Of a stretch of DNA of 64,000 nucleotides, positions 58,456-64,000 are shown in pieces. Every line of letters starts with the position of its first letter. Position 1 is the first letter of the stretch. Below the pieces are notes generated by a model that was not told the origin of the DNA, did not search any database, and was given only the letters and a program-made list of their open reading frames with translations. The stretch comes from Candidatus Thalassospirochaeta sargassi (GTDB taxonomy: Bacteria; Spirochaetota; Spirochaetia; UBA9216). The stretch covers positions 14,334 through 78,333 of the forward strand of contig JAQQAL010000044.1 of the NCBI GenBank assembly GCA_028532855.1, given 5' to 3'. The translations under genes were made by a program, and so were the position numbers.

Positions 58456-59814
58456 TTACTGCAGCTTTACCTTCTCCCACTGCACCTCAAGTTCTTCCGA
58501 TACAGTTTCAAATGCGGTTTTAATATCTGAACTTATGCTGGCCAGAAACTCACGCCTGCTTAAAGAGGCCTGAGTCTCTTTGGTATAGATTAACGGTTCT
58601 CCTGCAAGTACAGCGGCATGCTGTCCGGAAGGAGTTTTGTGGCTGCTGATTGTGCCGCCGAGGGTTCTGAACACCAGGTCTATCAGGTTTAAGATGAACT
58701 CGCAGCCTCTCCCGGCCGAGAAGGGCGGGCTGATATAGTCCATATGAATGTATTCAAGTACGTCGTAGATGCGCTCATGCCTGATGAATACCTCAGCCTT
58801 AAGCGCATTGAAATCAAGCAGTGCACGTTTCATCCGCGGCAGTGTTTCAGGGTCGGGATGCTCGGGGTAGAATGAGTCGGTGCCGGCATACCTGATTCTA
58901 AACAGCCGGTCCATATTGCTCCCCTCAGACAGCAGCCCTGCTGCTTTTTCAGCGCTGCAGAGAAGGCTTTCGCAAAGTGCGGTTATTCTCTTATCGAGTA
59001 CCTCCGGTTTCAGGCGGTCGGCGCTGACAGGCTCCGGAAGATTATACTCAGGCTCAAGCAGCGACAGGGTTCCGTCTACGGCCGCACAGAGCAGTTTGTG
59101 CAGGGGGGCGCTTTCACGGTTTTCCAGGGCTTGTCCAGTTAGCCCTTCCCATTCAGCAAGTTTATCCCTGATGAAGGCTTCAGGGGCCGCGCCATAGGTA
59201 TAGCCGAGTGCAAGCGGCACCACCATAACCGGTTTGCCGCTCTCGAGTCCCCATTTTACCAGGGAAGATGTGCCCGGGGCTATGCTGAATGTCCTGTACA
59301 TATGGTAAACAACCTGTTCTTCGGGAGCCAGTGCAATGGGAAAACGGCCTGATGCAGCCTCCCGGTGCAGAATGCTAAGCGCTTCGCGGTTGCCCGCGCG
59401 GTTCTGCACCGGAATCGCTCCTATTCGCGGGAAGAGCCAGGCGCTTATCTTTCCCGCCCAGTTTGGAACGTCTCGACCGTAGAGAAAGCGAAGGTGGCTG
59501 AGCCCGCCGTATCTCTCTATTTTACGCCGCAGCAGTTTGCTGAATGAATACATCAGAACCGGCGGGTCCTCCTTTGCGGCATGCCTGAAAACAAAGATCA
59601 GCCGGTGTTCGCCCCTGTTGAAGCCCCTCATTGCATCTATCAACCGCTCTTCATGAATAAAGCTTACCCTGGATACCCCCTCTACAAACCGGAGATAGAA
59701 ACCTCCGACACAAATAATGAATCTGCGGACGGAGGCTGAGTATGCTGGAGTAAGAAATCCGTGCCCCTTTACAGCGCGTCTGACTGCTGCCCTGTTTTTG
59801 TCTTTTTTCGCCAT
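58456..59814 (-). CDS. Acyltransferase of the PlsC/LPLAT superfamily (lysophospholipid acyltransferase-like) with a C-terminal extension.
   Basis: HX4D motif in FVFRHAAKEDPPV; a downstream block IALAPEEQVV is analogous to the FPEGTR block. 452 aa. Confidence 0.5.
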   Translation of the reverse strand: MAKKDKNRAAVRRAVKGHGFLTPAYSASVRRFIICVGGFYLRFVEGVSRVSFIHEERLIDAMRGFNRGEHRLIFVFRHAAKEDPPVLMYSFSKLLRRKIERYGGLSHLRFLYGRDVPNWAGKISAWLFPRIGAIPVQNRAGNREALSILHREAASGRFPIALAPEEQVVYHMYRTFSIAPGTSSLVKWGLESGKPVMVVPLALGYTYGAAPEAFIRDKLAEWEGLTGQALENRESAPLHKLLCAAVDGTLSLLEPEYNLPEPVSADRLKPEVLDKRITALCESLLCSAEKAAGLLSEGSNMDRLFRIRYAGTDSFYPEHPDPETLPRMKRALLDFNALKAEVFIRHERIYDVLEYIHMDYISPPFSAGRGCEFILNLIDLVFRTLGGTISSHKTPSGQHAAVLAGEPLIYTKETQASLSRREFLASISSDIKTAFETVSEELEVQWEKVKLQ

Positions 59815-59817
59815 CTG

Positions 59818-61152
59818 CTATGTCTGCTCCCGGGCTCCGGCTATCATCCTGTCGTAGTATTCCTTGCTGATAGGGTAGAAAGCAAGAATAAAGATTCCAA
59901 TGATATAGAAAAATGCCGGCGCGGGGCCGCAAATAACCTTGATGCCGGTTATTGTTTCGCGGGTTAGAGCGGTGTCTGGTGTATAGTTGAACAGAGCCAG
60001 GATCCATCCGTTAAGCGCCAGCGCTACGGCCTGCCCAATCTTGCTCAGGAAGGTCCATAGACTCGCGTAAACGCCCTCGCGTCTGACTCCTCCGTGGTGG
60101 ATTGAATCGTGTTCTACAACGTCCGGTAGAATTGAATGCGGAATTACATAGTGAGTGGAAAGCCCCAGGCCGGAGAGTCCCATAATTACTACAGCGCCCC
60201 ATACTCCAACTGCTTCACCTGCAAGCGAAAAGCTTAAAACGCCCGCTGTCATTATTCCCATTCCGATGTTGTAGCACCATTTCTTGCCGATGCGCTGCGA
60301 TATTTTTACCCAGACGGGAATAAAGGCCAGGCTTGTGGTCAGCAGGAAGATAAGTGCTATCTGAAACATTCCCTCATTGTTAAAGATATATTTGAAATAG
60401 TAGAGCAGCGAGCCCTGAACCATTGATGTGCCAAGGATAAACAGGGCCCATGGGATGAGGGCAAGCAGAAAGATCTTGTTTGACAGTGCCTGTGCATAGG
60501 TTTTGAAGAATCCCGTGTCCCCCTGTACCTCGGTATGAATAGGCTCACGGATTGCCCATATGGTTATGAATGAGGTTGCAAGCATTATAAAGCCCGCGAA
60601 ATATCCCATAAAACTCCAGCCTGCTTCGGCAGACTCGAATGCGCCTACAATAGGAAGCACCGCACCGGCTCCCACGAAGGTACCGATTACAGCGAAACTC
60701 ATCCTGTAACCGACCAGAATTGTGCGCTGATCAAAATCCGACGAGAGTTCAGGCAGCATTGCTGTGTAGGGGATGTTTACAAGGGTGTAGGCTGTGTTCA
60801 GCAGACAGTACATGAATACAAAATAAATAAAGAGCCTGGTCTGGTTTTCGACTCCCGGTGCTGTGAACATAAGACCCATGGCAGCCAGGGCTATTATTGA
60901 ACCGATAAACATATAAGGGCGTCTTCTGCCCCAGCGTGTTCTGGTTCTATCGGATAAGAATCCGGTTACAGGATCGGTTATTGCGTCCCAGATTTTGCCT
61001 ATCATTAATACGGTGCCTGCAAGGGCGGGGGCAAGCTGTGCTATGTCGGTCAAATAAAATAGAAGATAAAATCCTATCAGGGTGAAAAACAGATTCCCAC
61101 CGAGATCTCCGATGCCGAATCCCCATTTTATTCTTCTCGTAAGTTCAGTCAT
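59818..61152 (-). CDS. GPH-family (MFS_2) cation symporter: MelB, YihO or Mfsd2a-like.
   Basis: N-terminus WGFGIGDLGGNLFFTLIGFYLLFYLTD...GKIWDAITDPVTGFLSDRTRTRWGRRRPYMF is the GPH signature; 12 TM helices. Confidence 0.8.
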   Translation of the reverse strand: MTELTRRIKWGFGIGDLGGNLFFTLIGFYLLFYLTDIAQLAPALAGTVLMIGKIWDAITDPVTGFLSDRTRTRWGRRRPYMFIGSIIALAAMGLMFTAPGVENQTRLFIYFVFMYCLLNTAYTLVNIPYTAMLPELSSDFDQRTILVGYRMSFAVIGTFVGAGAVLPIVGAFESAEAGWSFMGYFAGFIMLATSFITIWAIREPIHTEVQGDTGFFKTYAQALSNKIFLLALIPWALFILGTSMVQGSLLYYFKYIFNNEGMFQIALIFLLTTSLAFIPVWVKISQRIGKKWCYNIGMGIMTAGVLSFSLAGEAVGVWGAVVIMGLSGLGLSTHYVIPHSILPDVVEHDSIHHGGVRREGVYASLWTFLSKIGQAVALALNGWILALFNYTPDTALTRETITGIKVICGPAPAFFYIIGIFILAFYPISKEYYDRMIAGAREQT

Positions 61153-61285
61153 GCACTGCTCCTGCTGTTTTATTTCGTTAATTGTAAGGGGATATCTGAT
61201 ATAAGCAAAGAGAAAAATTTATCCTGTTTTCATGTAGTATTTAAAAAAGTTTACAAAACCACTTTACTGTGCTAATATTATTTCA

Positions 61286-62515
61286 ATGGAATCATCCAAC
61301 AGGCTCTCAACAAAACAGAACAACCGCAAGCTTATTCTCGATCTTTTCAGGCAGTCCGATGTTCTGTCGGTGGCCGATATAAACTCCAGTACCGGAATAA
61401 GCAAGCCAACTGTGCAGAAGGTGATTAATCACTTTACCGAGTCAGGCCTGATTTTATCCGAAGGCAAGGGGGCATCAACCGAAGAAGGCGGGAAGAAGCC
61501 GCTGCTGTACAGCTTCAACCGTGAATATGGCTTCATCATATGTATTCACCTGGGTCCCGATTTTTTCTATTCTGCAATAGCCGATCTAGGTGCTGAGATT
61601 ATTCATTCTGAGTTCATGCAGGTAGGCAGTCTGAGGGTTGGTGAGCTTCTTGAGCTTTGTGCAGAAAAAATTAACGCTTATGCAGGGCATGACGCTGTTC
61701 TCGAGAGCAGGCTTATTTCGGTATCTATCGCACTGCCCGGCATTGTTGAACCCGAAAGCGGAAAGCTTGTCTTTCTGCCGCATTTTCCCGAGATTGCCGG
61801 CAATTATCCGTTTCTTGATGAGCTTAAAGCCCTGATGTCGGTAGATGCGCCCGTTTATTTTGATAATATCAACCGTCTTCAGGCTTTTGCTGAGATGAAG
61901 ATTGGAGCTGCTGCCGGAAAAGAGAACTTTATGATAATAGATGCCATGGAAGAGGGGCTTGGCAGCGGCATTATAGTAAAGGGTGAGCTGAAACACGGCG
62001 CTCATAATTTTTCCGGTGAAGTTGGTCATATGGTCCTGATGCCTAAAAACGGTCCGCGGTGCATTTGCGGAGGAAGGGGCTGCTTTGAGGCTCTTGTTAA
62101 TCTTAAGCGCATTAACCTCCTTGTAGAAGAGGGCCGGGTGCAATATCCGGATTCTGCTGTGTTCAGAAACGAGAAGCATGATAAGCTGCAGTCGCGTCTG
62201 CTTGAGGCTTTCAAGCTTGACGACCCGCTGGCTATCTCAGTACTCGATGAGATAGCGTTCTGGTTTGCTTCGGGTATCAACAATGCGCAGATGATAAATG
62301 ATCCGGAGCTTATAATCATGGAGGGAATCTATAATCCGTTTGGGGAATCTTTTGTCGGTATGATTAAGGCTCATCTGTCGAAGATGGCTTTTCCGGATAT
62401 AGAGAGGCCTCTGGATATTCAGTTTTCGGGTTTTGGTGTTGAGCGAGGCATTCTCGGGGCTGCCGCCTGGTCTGTCTGGAGTTTTTTTAATCAACAGGAG
62501 CTTTACGCGAGCTGA
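61286..62515 (+). CDS. ROK-family transcriptional regulator (NagC/XylR-type).
   Basis: N-terminal HTH NRKLILDLFRQSDVLSVADINSSTGISKPTVQKVINHFTESGLI; ROK Zn motif CICGGRGCFE. A promoter TTTACA-17-TAATAT lies upstream. Confidence 0.85.
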   Translation: MESSNRLSTKQNNRKLILDLFRQSDVLSVADINSSTGISKPTVQKVINHFTESGLILSEGKGASTEEGGKKPLLYSFNREYGFIICIHLGPDFFYSAIADLGAEIIHSEFMQVGSLRVGELLELCAEKINAYAGHDAVLESRLISVSIALPGIVEPESGKLVFLPHFPEIAGNYPFLDELKALMSVDAPVYFDNINRLQAFAEMKIGAAAGKENFMIIDAMEEGLGSGIIVKGELKHGAHNFSGEVGHMVLMPKNGPRCICGGRGCFEALVNLKRINLLVEEGRVQYPDSAVFRNEKHDKLQSRLLEAFKLDDPLAISVLDEIAFWFASGINNAQMINDPELIIMEGIYNPFGESFVGMIKAHLSKMAFPDIERPLDIQFSGFGVERGILGAAAWSVWSFFNQQELYAS

Positions 62516-62593
62516 TTTTTTATAATCAGTTATTAAAATAGTTTTAAAAACCAATTCTATTGGTTTGTTATATTGCTGATATCAGGAGTTTGT

Positions 62594-63388
62594 ATGGAAT
62601 TAGGATTAAAAGGAAAACAGGTGTTTATTACCGGCGGAAGCGTAGGTATAGGGCTTGCTGTGGCCAGGGCCTTTGCAAGAGAGGGTGCTGCGGTCGCAAT
62701 CGGCGCGCGAAATAAAGAAAGGGTTGAAGCGGAAGCAGCAAAGATGGCGGAAGATTTCGGTGTAAAAACTCTGGGAATTTCAGTTGATGTCTCAAAGCCG
62801 GAGGCCATTGAGGCTGCCAGGCTGGTAATCGAGAAAGAGTTCGGCGGAATCGATATCCTTATCAATAATGCAGGAACCGGTACCGAAGAGACTGTTATGG
62901 ACTCAACCGACGAGAAATGGTACGCGGTATGGGATCTGCACGTAATGAGTACAATCCGGACCGCCCGCGCCTTTGTTCCCTATATGCGTAAACGGGGCGG
63001 CGGAGTTATTCTGAACACTGCAAGTATCTGCGCCACCCAGCCGCTTTGGTATGAACCAATCTATAACACCACAAAGGCAGCCCTGCTGATGCTGGGCAAA
63101 TGCATGGCCAATGAATTTATAGAAGATAATATCAGGGTTAACACGATGAGCCCGGGCCTTGTGCTTACCCCGGACTGGTGGAAGACTGCAGGCATTCTTT
63201 CAGAGAAAGAGGGTACAAGCCCGAAAGAATATCTTGACGGTGTAGCTGATCAGTACGCAAAGAATAAGCGTTTCGCAAGCCCCGAGGAGATTGCCGAATA
63301 CTATGTTTTTCTTGCATCCGACTGCGGCAAGTACAGTGTCGGTTCAAACTACTACGTAGACGGCGGCTGGAAAGAAGGTGTTTATTAA
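62594..63388 (+). CDS. Short-chain dehydrogenase/reductase (SDR).
   Basis: TGGSVGIGLAVA (TGxxxGIG) and NNAG are present. ATG 62594 with AGGAG RBS is preferred over the ORF-track start at 62573. Confidence 0.9.
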   Translation: MELGLKGKQVFITGGSVGIGLAVARAFAREGAAVAIGARNKERVEAEAAKMAEDFGVKTLGISVDVSKPEAIEAARLVIEKEFGGIDILINNAGTGTEETVMDSTDEKWYAVWDLHVMSTIRTARAFVPYMRKRGGGVILNTASICATQPLWYEPIYNTTKAALLMLGKCMANEFIEDNIRVNTMSPGLVLTPDWWKTAGILSEKEGTSPKEYLDGVADQYAKNKRFASPEEIAEYYVFLASDCGKYSVGSNYYVDGGWKEGVY

Positions 63389-63490
63389 ACCTGCATCTCT
63401 GCAGTTTTAATTAATTAGAGTTTGCGTCACGATGCTATGCAAACCCTGTAAAATAACCTGCCCTCCGTGGCGGAAAGAAGAGGTTGATAT

Positions 63491-64000
63491 ATGAGTAACA
63501 AGATGAAACAGGCGGTGATGACTGCCCCTAAAACTATAAAATTTGAACAGGTTGATATTCCTTCTCCGGGCCCCGGCGAAGTCCAGATAAATATCAAGCG
63601 AATCGGCGTCTGCGGAAGCGACATCCATGTATATCACGGACTGCATCCCTATACGAGCTACCCGATTGTGCAGGGACATGAAACAGCCGGTGAGGTCACA
63701 GCTATAGGTGAGGGCGTAACGGGCATCAAACACGGCGACAAGGTGACCCCCGAACCGCAGGTATTCTGCGGAAAATGCTGGCCATGCACCCACGGCCTGT
63801 ACAATATATGCAATGAACTGAAGGTTATCGGTTTTCAGCAGAACGGCACAGCCTGTGACTACTACGTCTATCCGGCTGACTGCCTTGTGAAGCTTCCGGC
63901 TGAAATGAGCTATGAGCAGGGCGCAATGATTGAGCCGCTGTCGGTTGCTGTACGTGCCGTAAAGAAGGCGGGTGATATAAGAGGCAAGGATGTTCTTGTT
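63491..64000 (+). CDS. Zn-dependent medium-chain dehydrogenase (sorbitol or threonine dehydrogenase-like). Partial: it continues past the window end.
   Basis: GVCGSDIHVYHG, GHETAGEV and the structural Zn block CGKCWPCTHGLYNIC. It is not in the ORF track because it is open-ended. Confidence 0.85.
   Translation, partial: MSNKMKQAVMTAPKTIKFEQVDIPSPGPGEVQINIKRIGVCGSDIHVYHGLHPYTSYPIVQGHETAGEVTAIGEGVTGIKHGDKVTPEPQVFCGKCWPCTHGLYNICNELKVIGFQQNGTACDYYVYPADCLVKLPAEMSYEQGAMIEPLSVAVRAVKKAGDIRGKDVLV

Overview
Dense, chromosomal-looking window of about 53 CDS with no transposase, integrase or CRISPR signal. Gene content (type III glutamine synthetase, PEGA and lamin-tail-domain lipoproteins, many chemotaxis and c-di-GMP genes) suggests a free-living spirochaete-like bacterium; this is tentative.

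Main blocks:
- 1-9.1 kb: nitrogen-assimilation island. Glutamate synthase large-subunit N-terminus (minus strand, runs off the window), an archaeal-type NrpR-like regulator, a GAF-type sigma54 activator, a textbook sigma54 promoter driving amtB-glnK, then type III glutamine synthetase (glnN) behind three perfect hairpins.
- 9.3-19.6 kb: a co-directional run. LacI-family regulator with a promoter-embedded operator, GH13 alpha-glucosidase, a GH65 disaccharide phosphorylase fused to beta-phosphoglucomutase, a DUF4037-like protein, an orphan 309-aa protein, a frameshifted CsgG-like/PEGA envelope gene and a Kelch-like lipoprotein.
- 19.8-24.8 kb: Hsp20 behind a sigma54-type promoter, a CBS-DUF294 nucleotidyltransferase with a translationally coupled 112-aa partner, and a DEAD-box helicase with an RGG tail.
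- 24.9-45.2 kb: housekeeping and signalling genes (FGGY/glycerol kinase, HAD, pyridoxal kinase, a lamin-tail lipoprotein, glmS, a coupled GGDEF/EAL pair, AGE-family epimerase, DUF456, UbiA-like prenyltransferase, MarC, Fe-ADH, GT4, MCP).
- 45.3-49.5 kb: polyol/inositol-like catabolic cluster (Zn-ADH, Gfo/Idh/MocA oxidoreductase, DeoR regulator, shikimate-dehydrogenase-like protein).
- 49.6-54.0 kb: two tandem paralogous lipoproteins, a Cof-type HAD phosphatase, and a LemA-DUF2207 pair.
- 54.0-64.0 kb: a 106-nt GC-rich structured element (candidate small RNA), an archaeal-type cupin glucose-6-phosphate isomerase in a sugar-acid-like cluster, a GPH/Mfsd2a-like transporter next to a PlsC-like acyltransferase, a ROK regulator, an SDR and a partial Zn-ADH.

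The most unusual items are the NrpR/sigma54 hybrid nitrogen control with shared TGTAGGA palindromes, the hairpin triplet in the glnN leader, the GH65-beta-PGM fusion, the homopolymer frameshift, the GC-rich RNA-like element and the cupin PGI.
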